58,014 bases of DNA from Pseudomonadota bacterium (GCA_005777805.1 SXLG01000020.1:1-58014), one strand, 5' to 3'; shown: positions 39,261 to 48,007, numbered from the stretch's first letter. Numbers and translations: made by a program. The notes: a model not told the origin generated them from the sequence alone.

Positions 39261-40265
39261 TCAAGGCGCGATCAGGAGCTTGATCTCGTCGTTCTGGGTC
39301 GGGAAGCGTTCGAACACCGTCTGCACCTCGTCGAGCGGCTGCACGCTGGTCACGAGGCTCGCGACGTCGAGCCGGCCGCTGGCGACCAGCGCCAGCGCCG
39401 CGTCGTAGTCCGCCGGGCCGTAAGCGATCGAGGGCAGTAGTGACACGCCGCGCTGCAGCCAGTGCACCGGCCGGATCTCGGTCGCCGTGTGATAGGACGC
39501 GACGAGGACGACGCGGCCGCCGAGCCGCGCCATCTGACCGGCGAGTTCGATGGCTTCAGGTCGCCCGCTCGCCTCGATCACGACCTCGGGCCCGCCCAGC
39601 GTCAGATCGCGAATCCGATCGGTGGCGAGCCCGTCGGCTTCGAACGCACCGAGGCCGAATTCCCGCGCGCAGTGCACGCGGGTCGCGCGCTCGTCCATGC
39701 CGAGGACGAGCGCTCCTTCGAGACGTGCGATCAGGCCCGCGAAGAGACCGAGCGGTCCGAGGCCGATCACGCCGACGCGCGTGCCGGGGCGGATCTCGCC
39801 GAGGCGGACCGCGGCCATCGCCACCGCAACGGGTTCGATCACGGCGCCGTGCCGGAGAGGCAGGCGATCGGGCAGGCGGCGTAGACTCGAGGTGGGCACG
39901 GCCACGAACTCGGCCAGCCCGCCCGGCGTCGTACTGCAGCCCACCATATGCCCCAAGGCCCTTTGGCAGAGATTATGCTGGCCGCGGTTGCAGACCTCGC
40001 ATTGACCACACCACGGGAGCGGGACCACCGCGACGCGGTCGCCCTCGCGCCATTCGCGCCCGCCCTCCCGCAGGGCCACGATCTCGCCCGCGATCTCGTG
40101 GCCGAGGACCGCACCGTCGGGCAGCAGATGGTTCAGGAAGAAGCCGTAGTCGGTGCCGCAAATGCCACACGCGGACACGCGGACCACAGCCCCGCCCGGG
40201 GCTGGCGTCGGGTCGGGGACGGTCTCGATCGAGAAGCGCCCCTGGTTCAAAACGGCCTGGCGCAT
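39261..40265 (-). CDS. Zinc-binding alcohol dehydrogenase (MDR)
   Basis: GICGTD, GHE, CGQCEVC..C, GLGPLG. Confidence 0.9.
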   Translation of the reverse strand: MRQAVLNQGRFSIETVPDPTPAPGGAVVRVSACGICGTDYGFFLNHLLPDGAVLGHEIAGEIVALREGGREWREGDRVAVVPLPWCGQCEVCNRGQHNLCQRALGHMVGCSTTPGGLAEFVAVPTSSLRRLPDRLPLRHGAVIEPVAVAMAAVRLGEIRPGTRVGVIGLGPLGLFAGLIARLEGALVLGMDERATRVHCAREFGLGAFEADGLATDRIRDLTLGGPEVVIEASGRPEAIELAGQMARLGGRVVLVASYHTATEIRPVHWLQRGVSLLPSIAYGPADYDAALALVASGRLDVASLVTSVQPLDEVQTVFERFPTQNDEIKLLIAP

Positions 40266-40354
40266 GTGTCAGCCTCTCCTGCTCGCGGCATCCTGTCGGG
40301 CGCTTCCGGGCCGGCGGTTGTGAATGCCCTGGCGCATGTGCCCGCTTTTCGTGC
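40243..40354. repeat. Degenerate ~40-bp duplication (72-bp period) spanning the Zn-ADH start codon and RBS
   Basis: CCTGGCGCATGTG at 40256 and 40328 with flanking similarity. Confidence 0.7.
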
Positions 40355-40390
40355 CTGTCTCGGTGCGATGCTCCATCGGCGCGGGGCGGG

Positions 40391-41038
40391 TCATGCGGCT
40401 CGCCGCCGTCGTCGTGCGGCGGCGCCACGCAGCCCGGCCGCCGCCAGCAAGAGCGCGGCCGGCGGCACATACCAGGGGTCCAGCAGCGCCCGTGGAAGAT
40501 AGGATTGCACGAAGATCACCCAGAGGAACCAGCTTCCGGTCAGGTGGAGAATGCGCCAGCGCAGCACCCCGAGGGCCTGCACGGCGGCGTCGTTCGAGGT
40601 CACGGCCATCGCGATCACGAAGAGGTAGCCGGTGCCACCGCCGACGATCGTCACGAGGTTGAGCTCGGGGATGAAAGGATCAGGAAAGAACCGCCCGAGG
40701 AGCACGAGCGCCACGAGGTGAAGTCCGTGCGAGAAGGCAAACGACACGCCGATCTGGCGCCGGTGGCGGACCAGCCAGGCGGTCGCGGTGCTGCCGTGGA
40801 ATTTGGCCAGGCTCGAGGCGCTGAATGCCGTGCAGAAGAGCAGCACCGACGTCCGCGCGGTGGCGCGCACCAGCCGGCGTACCGCGGCCTCGTCGAAGGG
40901 CCCGACGAAGAGCAGGGCCACCGTCATGACCAGCAAGGCGCCACAGAGCAGGGCGGCCACCCACCACGGACTCGCCCGCCGAGGCCCCGTGATCCCTTGG
41001 CCGGTCCGCACCGGTGATGCCTGCTCGCGGGTCGACAC
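40391..41038 (-). CDS. Ferric reductase-like transmembrane (MsrQ-like) protein
   Basis: RRQIGVSFAFSHGLHL, VTSND...WRILH; about 6 TM helices; GGAGG RBS. Confidence 0.75.
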   Translation of the reverse strand: MSTREQASPVRTGQGITGPRRASPWWVAALLCGALLVMTVALLFVGPFDEAAVRRLVRATARTSVLLFCTAFSASSLAKFHGSTATAWLVRHRRQIGVSFAFSHGLHLVALVLLGRFFPDPFIPELNLVTIVGGGTGYLFVIAMAVTSNDAAVQALGVLRWRILHLTGSWFLWVIFVQSYLPRALLDPWYVPPAALLLAAAGLRGAAARRRRRAA

Positions 41039-41234
41039 TCGCCTCCTCTAACAGGTTCGCGCAGAACCCGGATCCCGCACGGTGGATGAGGAATCGGCGC
41101 GCTGCGACCTTCGAACCCGCGGGGCAACTACTGTTTCAGGGGCGATGGGGCGCGGGCGGTCCGGGACACGATGGCCGGATCCGGTCCCGTCGTTGAGTCG
41201 CGTGCCCGAGCCCGCAGCTGCTAGCTTGGTGCCC

Positions 41235-41900
41235 ATGTCCACCTGGCTGCGTCCCGTCCTGGTCGTCCTTGGCGTGATCGGGCTTGCTGTGGCCGGCCGG
41301 TGGTTCGGGGCGGATCAGTTTCTCGAGGTCGAGGCGGCCCGTCGTCTGATCGAATCCCACGATCGCCTGGGCCCCGTGATCTTTGTCGGGATCTGCGTCG
41401 GCGGCATGTTGATCAATGTTCCCGAGTCGCTCTTGCTCGCTGCCGGCGGGGCACTGTTCGGGATGGGCCCCGGCCTTCTCTACGGTTGGGTCGCCTCAAT
41501 CTTGGGGACCACCGCGACATTCTTGATCGTGCGGCATGGCTTCGGGGCCGAGGGCCGCGCGGCTCTGGTGCGTCGCTTTGGCGTGCTGGGCCGTCTCGAT
41601 CAGCAGCTCGTCCGGCACGGCTTCCGCACGATCCTGCTCTTGCGCACCATCCTGTTCGTGGCACCGCCGCTCAACTGGGGCATGGGTGCGACCAGCGTGC
41701 CGTTGCGGAGCTACGTGGCGGGGACCGCCTTGGGTGTGCTCCCGGGGCTCGTGGTCGTGACGATGCTCGGCCGCGAGATCGCGCTGGCCGGCGAGACCGG
41801 GGACTGGACGCGCCCGGCATTGCTGATACCGGGCGCGGTCTTCGCCCTGATGCTGGTGGGCAGCGCGCTGGTGGCGCGCCGTGCGTTCCGCAGATCCTGA
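41235..41900 (+). CDS. TVP38/TMEM64 (DedA/VTT) family membrane protein
   Basis: GGALFG...G, LLLR..., LNWGMG.T...Y..GT.LG.LPG. Confidence 0.85.
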   Translation: MSTWLRPVLVVLGVIGLAVAGRWFGADQFLEVEAARRLIESHDRLGPVIFVGICVGGMLINVPESLLLAAGGALFGMGPGLLYGWVASILGTTATFLIVRHGFGAEGRAALVRRFGVLGRLDQQLVRHGFRTILLLRTILFVAPPLNWGMGATSVPLRSYVAGTALGVLPGLVVVTMLGREIALAGETGDWTRPALLIPGAVFALMLVGSALVARRAFRRS

Positions 41901-41939
41901 GGATCCGAGGCCGGCGGCTTCAGGTGCGCGGCGCTTCGG

Positions 41940-42059
41940 TCAGCGCGACTTCTTGCGCGAGCCCTTCGCCTTCGATCGTTGCTGGGCCTCGCGGGCCCGG
42001 AGCCGTTCCTTGCGCCGCTTGCGACGACGCTTGATCTCTTTCTGGCGTTCGCTTGCCAT
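41940..42059 (-). CDS. 39-aa highly basic small protein (DUF6800-like)
   Basis: MASERQKEIKRRRKRRKERLRAREAQQRSKAKGSRKKSR; fills the gap between flanking genes with GC3-rich codons. Confidence 0.65.
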   Translation of the reverse strand: MASERQKEIKRRRKRRKERLRAREAQQRSKAKGSRKKSR

Positions 42060-42077
42060 GATTGAGCTTCGATAGGC

Positions 42078-42105
42078 TAAGGGCCCGAGCCGCGCAAGCC
42101 GATCA
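42078..42105 (+). promoter_or_regulatory. Putative sigma-28 promoter upstream of fliA
   Basis: TAAG-16 bp-GCCGATCA (consensus TAAA-N15/16-GCCGATAA). Confidence 0.55.
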
Positions 42106-42154
42106 GGATACAGAGGATGCGCGTAGGGGTTTACCGCGATCAACGGAAACGTTC

Positions 42155-42176
42155 GGCCGGTACAAAATTGTCGGCC
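42155..42176. promoter_or_regulatory. Imperfect palindrome, candidate enhancer (UAS) for a sigma-54 activator
   Basis: GGCCGgtACAA-AA-TTGTCGGCC, about 100 bp upstream of a -24/-12 element. Confidence 0.4.
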
Positions 42177-42258
42177 ATGTGACCTGCGTGGCGCGTTGTG
42201 CCACCTCGGCCCGCGCGGTTTCCCGAGCGTTTTCCAGCGCGCTCGCTGCCTCTCGGCT

Positions 42259-42275
42259 CTGGAACGCTTCTGGCT
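42259..42275 (+). promoter_or_regulatory. Putative sigma-54 (-24/-12) promoter of fliA
   Basis: CTGGAACGCTTCTGGCT: GG-N10-GC spacing, 39 bp upstream of the ATG. Confidence 0.55.
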
Positions 42276-42314
42276 TTAGCCCTCCTCCCAGGAAACGACC
42301 TGGGGGAGGGGACG

Positions 42315-43208
42315 ATGGCAGGGGCAAGCGCAGCAAGGCAGACGGTGGAGCAGGACGAGGTGGTGGTGGCGTACGAGCCGAGCCCCGTCCCTGTGGTGGA
42401 GGCGGTTGAAGAAGCCATCTCGGACGAGCAGTCCGAGAGCGACGACGACAGCTTCGAGGCCTACGATGATCAGCTCGGGGTCTTCGCTTTCGACGAGGAG
42501 GAGGTGCGCCGGCATTTGCCGCTGGTGCGGCAGGTGGTGCAGCGGATGCTGCCGCGCAAACCTTCCGAGGTTCCGCTCGACGATCTGCTGAGCTGGGGCA
42601 CGCTCGGTCTGCTCGATGCCTTCCGCAAGTACGACAAGAACCGCGAGGCGTCGTTCCCGACCTACGCCCAGTACCGCATCCGCGGCGCGATTCTCGACTT
42701 CCTGCGCCGTTGCGATTGGTTGCCGCGCAGCATGCGCCAGAAGGCGCACGACCTTGAGGCCGCCACGAGCCGTCTGGAGAGCCAGCTTGGTCGCTCGCCC
42801 GACAACGGCGAGCTGGCCGGCGAGATGGCGCTCTCGCTCGAGGAGCTGGCGCATATCCAGACCCAGCTCGGCACCGGCAACGTCGTGACGACGGCGGAGA
42901 TCAGCTTCGGCCACGGCGACGATACCGTGAACTTCGAGGAAGTGGTCGCCGACACCAAGGAGCTTGGCCCGGCGGAGATGGCGCTCGAGCACCAGCGGGT
43001 CGATATTCTGACCGAGGCGATCGAGACCCTGCCCGAGAAGGAGCGCTTCGTGATCTCGCTCTACTACTTCGAGGGTCTGACCATGCGGGAGCTCGCGGAA
43101 GCTCTGGGCCTGACCGAGGGGCGGATCTCGCAGCTCCACAGCCAGGCCATGCGGCGCCTTCGGACCGCACTCGAGCCGTGCCGGCCCGAGCTCTGTTACG
43201 ACGCCTAG
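42315..43208 (+). CDS. fliA: FliA/WhiG family RNA polymerase sigma-28 factor with an acidic N-terminal extension
   Basis: DLLSWGTLGLLDA..KYD, F.TYAQYRIRGAILD.LR..DWLPRSMR, LPEKER.VISLYY.EGLT..E, GLTEGRISQLHSQA. Confidence 0.92.
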   Translation: MAGASAARQTVEQDEVVVAYEPSPVPVVEAVEEAISDEQSESDDDSFEAYDDQLGVFAFDEEEVRRHLPLVRQVVQRMLPRKPSEVPLDDLLSWGTLGLLDAFRKYDKNREASFPTYAQYRIRGAILDFLRRCDWLPRSMRQKAHDLEAATSRLESQLGRSPDNGELAGEMALSLEELAHIQTQLGTGNVVTTAEISFGHGDDTVNFEEVVADTKELGPAEMALEHQRVDILTEAIETLPEKERFVISLYYFEGLTMRELAEALGLTEGRISQLHSQAMRRLRTALEPCRPELCYDA

Positions 43209-43342
43209 GGCAAGGGCAAGCCGCCGCTCTCCCGGGACTACATCCGGGGGAGCCCCGGCCGTGCCGGCCTGGCTCCTCGGTGCCGATGACCGGCGAGCCG
43301 AGATCGAGCCATGGGGCGGCCCGATCTGAACGGTGGCCGGGC

Positions 43343-43370
43343 TAAAGTCGCCGTCTCCAGGTGCCGACAG
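43343..43370 (+). promoter_or_regulatory. Sigma-28 promoter of flgM
   Basis: (C)TAAA-16 bp-GCCGACAG, ending 8 nt before ATG 43379. Confidence 0.7.
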
Positions 43371-43378
43371 CAGGGGTG

Positions 43379-43660
43379 ATGGATCTTCCCTCTGTTGCGC
43401 GCCCTCCGCTGGAGCGGCGCGATTCTCGTGTTTCCGCTCTGGCCGCACGCCGGCCGCCGTCCCGCCACATCGGCGGACCCCGCAACGACGAAGCCTTCCC
43501 GGAACTCACTCCCGAGGAGGCGGCTCGCGAACTCCGGCGCCGTCTGGTCGAACGGATCCGGAACGAGATCGCGACCGGCGAGTACCGGACCGACGCGCGC
43601 CGCGTCGCCGAGGCTCTGGTCCGGGCCCGCATCCCATTCCTGTTCGGCTCCGACCATTAG
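43379..43660 (+). CDS. flgM: Anti-sigma-28 factor FlgM-like protein
   Basis: C-terminal VERIRNEIATGEYRTDARRVAEAL matches the FlgM sigma-binding helices; 93 aa; directly after fliA. Confidence 0.8.
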   Translation: MDLPSVARPPLERRDSRVSALAARRPPSRHIGGPRNDEAFPELTPEEAARELRRRLVERIRNEIATGEYRTDARRVAEALVRARIPFLFGSDH

Positions 43661-43697
43661 GACAAGCCCGATCCGGCACGTCTGCTAGACGCCGGGC

Positions 43698-44516
43698 ATG
43701 GGGCCGCGGTTCCTCGCCGCCTGCGCGCAGATGCGCTGTCAGGACGATCCCGCGACGAACGTGGCCGCGGCCTGCCGGCTCGTCGCCGAGGCCGGTGCTC
43801 GCGGCGCAGCACTGGTGGTGCTGCCCGAGATGTTCCACTGGCGGGGCCCGCAGGAACGCGATGCCGAGGTCGCCGAAGGGCTCGATGGCGACTGCCTCGG
43901 TCGTCTCGCCGAGAGCGCGCGCGCGAACCGGCTGACACTGGTCGCAGGCTCGATTCTCGAGCGCCATCCCGGTGGCGAGCTGCCCTTCAACACCACGGTG
44001 GTGTTCGGGCCTGCCGGCGAACGACTCGGCGTATATCGCAAGATTCATATGTTCGACGTCGATCTGACGTCGGGCCCGCGCGTACGCGAGAGCGAACGGC
44101 TCTCGGCGGGTGCCGAGCCGGTGTGCGTCGACACGCCGGTGGGCCGGCTTGGACTCTCGATCTGTTACGACCTGCGTTTCCCTGAGCTCTACCGGCGGCT
44201 GGTCGACGCGGGCGCCGACATCCTCTGCGTGCCCTCGGCCTTCACGTTCACGACCGGGTCGGCGCATTGGGAGACGCTGCTGCGCGCGCGCGCGATCGAG
44301 AGTCAATGCTGGGTGCTGGCACCGAATCAGGGTGGCCCGGTGGCGCACGGTCCCGAGGTCTGGGGCCATACCCAGGTCGTCGATCCGTGGGGGGTGGTGG
44401 TGGCCAAGAGCGGAGCCACCGGCGAGGCGCTGGTGCTGGCGACGATCGACCCAGAGCAGACGGCACGGGTGCGGGCGCAATTGCCGAGCCTCCGCCACCG
44501 CAGGATCCGGGGATGA
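43698..44516 (+). CDS. Carbon-nitrogen hydrolase (Nit1/deaminated glutathione amidase-like)
   Basis: LPE, YRKIHMFDV, ICYDLRFPELYR, AFT.TTG.AHW..LLRARAIE. Confidence 0.92.
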   Translation: MGPRFLAACAQMRCQDDPATNVAAACRLVAEAGARGAALVVLPEMFHWRGPQERDAEVAEGLDGDCLGRLAESARANRLTLVAGSILERHPGGELPFNTTVVFGPAGERLGVYRKIHMFDVDLTSGPRVRESERLSAGAEPVCVDTPVGRLGLSICYDLRFPELYRRLVDAGADILCVPSAFTFTTGSAHWETLLRARAIESQCWVLAPNQGGPVAHGPEVWGHTQVVDPWGVVVAKSGATGEALVLATIDPEQTARVRAQLPSLRHRRIRG

Positions 44517-45790
44517 ACCCGCGTCCCGCAGTAAAGCCCTTTTTTCGGGTGGTGACCCCGGCCGAGGCGCGCACAGTGCTCGACGGGGTGCTCTCGGTTG
44601 GAACCGAGCGGGTCCCCGTGGCCGATGCCGCCGGCCGGGTGGTCGCGGCTGCGGTGGTGACGCCGGGCGAGCTGCCGACCTTCCACCGGGCCCATATGGA
44701 CGGCTACGCCGTGCGCGCCCGCGACACCTTCGGTGCGTCGCCCTCGATTCCAGCCTATCTTCGGCTTGCCGGCGTCGTCGAGATGGGCAAGGCCCCGCCG
44801 GGCGACGTGGCGCGTGGCTGCGCGATGCGGATCGCGACCGGTGGCATGTTGCCCGACGGCGCCGACGCGGTCGTCATGGTCGAGCACACCGAGGAAGTCG
44901 CGGGCGGACAGGTCGAAATCGCGCGTCCGGTCGCGCCGTGGGAGAACGTCCTGCGGCGTGGCGAGGATGTCGGTGCGGGAGTGCGGGTCGTCGAGCCGGG
45001 CGTGCGCTTGCGTCCGCACGATCTCGGCGCCCTGACCGGCGCCGGCATCCTCGAGATCGAGGCTTTCCGGCGGCCACGTTTGGCGCTCATCGGGACCGGC
45101 GATGAGATCGTCGATCCGGCGCAGGTTCCCGGGCCGGGGCAAGTCCGCAATATCAACCAGATTTCACTCAAGGCGATGGCGTGCAGTGCCGGTGCAGCGG
45201 TGCTCGATCTGGGGGTGTGCCCGGACGATCCGACGCTGTTTGCCGCAGCGTTGGCGCAGGGCCTCGAGCACGCCGATGCGATTTTCGTCTCGGGGGGCAG
45301 CTCGGTGGGCACCAAGGACATGACCCTCGATGTGATCGCCCGGCTCCCGGGGGCGGAGATCGCTTTCCACGGAATCTCGGTCGCGCCCGGCAAGCCGACG
45401 CTGCTCGCCTGGGTCGATGGCGCCGCTGGGGGTGGAGCTGGGCGGCGCCCTGTCGTCGGTCTGCCCGGACATCCGGTGAGCGCGCTCGTGATCTGCGACG
45501 TCTTTGGCGTGCCGCTTCTGCGCCGGCTCGGCGGAGAGCGGAGCGAGACGGCCTGGCGCGCGCGCGAGCGGGTGGCGGCCCGGCTCACGCGCAACATCGA
45601 CTCGGCGCCGGGGCGCGAGGATTACGTTCGGGTCCGACTCGTGCGCTCGCGCGAGGGCTTCAGCGCGGAGCCGTTGCCGGGCAAATCGGGCGCGGTCTTT
45701 TCCCTGCTCCAGGCCGACGGTTACGTGGTGGTCGAGATGGCGCGCGAGGGGATCGAGGTCGGCGAGGAGGTTGCGGTCGCGCTCTTCTAG
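44513..45790 (+). CDS. moeA: Molybdopterin molybdotransferase
   Basis: MDGYAV, IATGG.LP.GADAVVMVE, TGDE, SGGSSVG.KD, PGKP, LPGHPVS. Confidence 0.92.
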   Translation: MNPRPAVKPFFRVVTPAEARTVLDGVLSVGTERVPVADAAGRVVAAAVVTPGELPTFHRAHMDGYAVRARDTFGASPSIPAYLRLAGVVEMGKAPPGDVARGCAMRIATGGMLPDGADAVVMVEHTEEVAGGQVEIARPVAPWENVLRRGEDVGAGVRVVEPGVRLRPHDLGALTGAGILEIEAFRRPRLALIGTGDEIVDPAQVPGPGQVRNINQISLKAMACSAGAAVLDLGVCPDDPTLFAAALAQGLEHADAIFVSGGSSVGTKDMTLDVIARLPGAEIAFHGISVAPGKPTLLAWVDGAAGGGAGRRPVVGLPGHPVSALVICDVFGVPLLRRLGGERSETAWRARERVAARLTRNIDSAPGREDYVRVRLVRSREGFSAEPLPGKSGAVFSLLQADGYVVVEMAREGIEVGEEVAVALF

Positions 45791-45807
45791 CGCGCCGTGC
45801 CGGGACC

Positions 45808-47910
45808 ATGGCGCGCCAGCGCTACCTCGCCAGGCGTTCGCTCGCCGACGCCCGTGTCGAGATGTTGGCGTCGGCAGAGCCCATCACGCGCCACGAGGTG
45901 CTCGCGGCCGAGGAGGCCCTTGGCCGCGTGCTCGCGCGGGCCGTTAGCGCCGCGCGCAACGTGCCGCACTATCACGGTGCGGCGATGGACGGCATCGCGG
46001 TCCGCGCCGAGGACACCTTCGGCGCGAGCGAGGGCCACCCGCTGACCTTCGAGCTCGGCAGTCCCGACACCGTGGTCCGGCCGTTTTCATGGATAGACAC
46101 GGGCAACAACCTGCCCCTCTGGGCAGATAGCGTGGTCATGGTCGAGCGCGTCTTTCCGGGGCCGGCTGCGGCCGGGTCGGGCGCTGCCGCCGGAACGGTT
46201 GCTGCTCGTGCGGGCGACGATTGTTGTGGCGCAGCGGGTGCCGCGCCGGAGAACGCCGCCACAGCCGGAGACGAATCCGGCGGGGGCGCCGGCCTCGTGC
46301 GGGGACCCGAGCGGGTCCTTCATCTCCGGCACAGTCAAGCGCCCTGGCAGCACGTCCGACTCGTCGGCGAGGACATCGTGCAGAGCGAGCCGCTGCTGCC
46401 GCGTGGACACCGCGTGCGTCCCATCGACATCGGTGCGTTGCTTGCCGCCGGCATCGATCGCGTCGACGTGCGGGCCCGCCCGCGGGTCGCGATCCTGCCG
46501 ACCGGCGACGAGTTGGTGCAGCCGGGGAACGAGCCCCGTCCCGGCCGGATCGTCGAGTTCAATTCCCGCATGATCGCGGCCTTCGTGCGCGAGTGGGGCG
46601 GCGATGCGGTGCGGCTTGAACCCGTGGGCGACAACCCCGAAGCCCTCTACTCGCGCATTGTCGGGGCCCTGCGCGACGCCGACGTGGTCTGTGTGATTGC
46701 CGGCTCGTCGGCGGGTGACCACGATCACTCGGCCGAAGCGTTGGCGCGGTTTGGCCGGCTGATCGCGCACGGCATCGACATCATGCCGGGTAAGCCCGCG
46801 ATCGTCGCTGCGATCGAGCATCTGCCCGACGGGCCCGCGGCATCGTCGCGCGTGGCGCTCGGCATTCCGGGCTATCCGGTCTCGGCCGCGATCGTTTGCC
46901 GGGAGCTGCTCGAACCCCTGCTGGCCCATCTCCTCGGCGCAGCAAGGGTCGATCGCGTCTGCGTGAAGGCGCTGGTGCCGCGCAAGCTCGTCTCGAAGCT
47001 CGGCCATGAGGAGTTCGTGCGCGTCAATGTCGGGCGGGTCGGCGAGCGGCTCGTGCTGAGCCCGCTCGGCCGGGGCGCGGGGGCCATCACCACGCTCACC
47101 CGTGCCGATGGCTTCGTCCGGGTGCCACCGCTGGTCGAGGGCATTGACGCCGGTGAGGAGGTTGCGGTCGAGTTGCTGCGGCCCATCGCCGAAATCGAGG
47201 GCACGATCGTGGCGAGCGGCAGTCACGATCTGACCCTCGGCGTGCTTGACGATCTCCTGCGCGGGGCTTGTCCGGGCTCTCGTCTGGTCACCAACTCCGT
47301 CGGCAGTCTTGCCGGACTGCTCGCTCTCGGCCGGGGCGAGGCGCACGTTGCGGCGAGCCACCTGCTCGATGTCGCCAGCGGAACCTACAACCTGCCCGAC
47401 GTCGAGCGCCTGCTCGAGGGCGTGCCGGTGATGGTGGTGAACCTCGTCGTTCGCGAGCAGGGGCTGCTGGTCGCCGCCGGCAACCCGCTTGGCATCGGTG
47501 GGGTACGTGACCTCACCCGAGCGGGCTTGCGCTACGTCAATCGGCAATCAGGCGCGGGCACGCGGGTCTTGCTCGACTTTATGCTGGAGAGAGATGGGAT
47601 CGATCCCGAGGCGATCGCCGGCCATGAGCGCTGCGAGCTGACGCATATGGCCGTGGCGATCGCCGTGCGCAGTGGCCTCGCCGACGCCGGGATGGGGGTG
47701 CGCTCGGCGGCCGCCGCCCTGGGACTTGGCTTCGTCCCGCTGGAGCGCGAGGATTACGACCTTGTCCTGCGCGCCGACTTCGCCCGCAGCGCAGCGGGAC
47801 GGGCCCTGCTCGGGGTCGTGCGCTCGGCGGGTTTTGCCGCGGCGGTTTCGTGCCTGCCGGGTTACGACACGCGACGCTCCGGCGAGGTCAAGATTCCGTG
47901 CGCAACCTGA
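45808..47910 (+). CDS. MoeA fused to a C-terminal PBP (molybdate/tungstate-binding-like) domain
   Basis: AMDGIAV, PTGDEL, AGSSAG.HD, PGYPVSA, then GSHDL, GSLAGL, HLLD, REQG, NRQSGAGTR. Confidence 0.9.
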   Translation: MARQRYLARRSLADARVEMLASAEPITRHEVLAAEEALGRVLARAVSAARNVPHYHGAAMDGIAVRAEDTFGASEGHPLTFELGSPDTVVRPFSWIDTGNNLPLWADSVVMVERVFPGPAAAGSGAAAGTVAARAGDDCCGAAGAAPENAATAGDESGGGAGLVRGPERVLHLRHSQAPWQHVRLVGEDIVQSEPLLPRGHRVRPIDIGALLAAGIDRVDVRARPRVAILPTGDELVQPGNEPRPGRIVEFNSRMIAAFVREWGGDAVRLEPVGDNPEALYSRIVGALRDADVVCVIAGSSAGDHDHSAEALARFGRLIAHGIDIMPGKPAIVAAIEHLPDGPAASSRVALGIPGYPVSAAIVCRELLEPLLAHLLGAARVDRVCVKALVPRKLVSKLGHEEFVRVNVGRVGERLVLSPLGRGAGAITTLTRADGFVRVPPLVEGIDAGEEVAVELLRPIAEIEGTIVASGSHDLTLGVLDDLLRGACPGSRLVTNSVGSLAGLLALGRGEAHVAASHLLDVASGTYNLPDVERLLEGVPVMVVNLVVREQGLLVAAGNPLGIGGVRDLTRAGLRYVNRQSGAGTRVLLDFMLERDGIDPEAIAGHERCELTHMAVAIAVRSGLADAGMGVRSAAAALGLGFVPLEREDYDLVLRADFARSAAGRALLGVVRSAGFAAAVSCLPGYDTRRSGEVKIPCAT

Positions 47911-48007
47911 CCCCGGCAAGCCGTCAGGGTTGAGGCGCTGCGGCGCGGCGACGGGGGCGTCGTGCGCCCAAGCGCCTCTTCCCTGACGGGCGGGGGGGGC
48001 GAGCCGA

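Noticed and set aside
43379-43660. RsiG-type c-di-GMP-binding anti-sigma factor
   Set aside because: No ExxxSxxRxxxQxxxD motif; the C-terminus fits FlgM.
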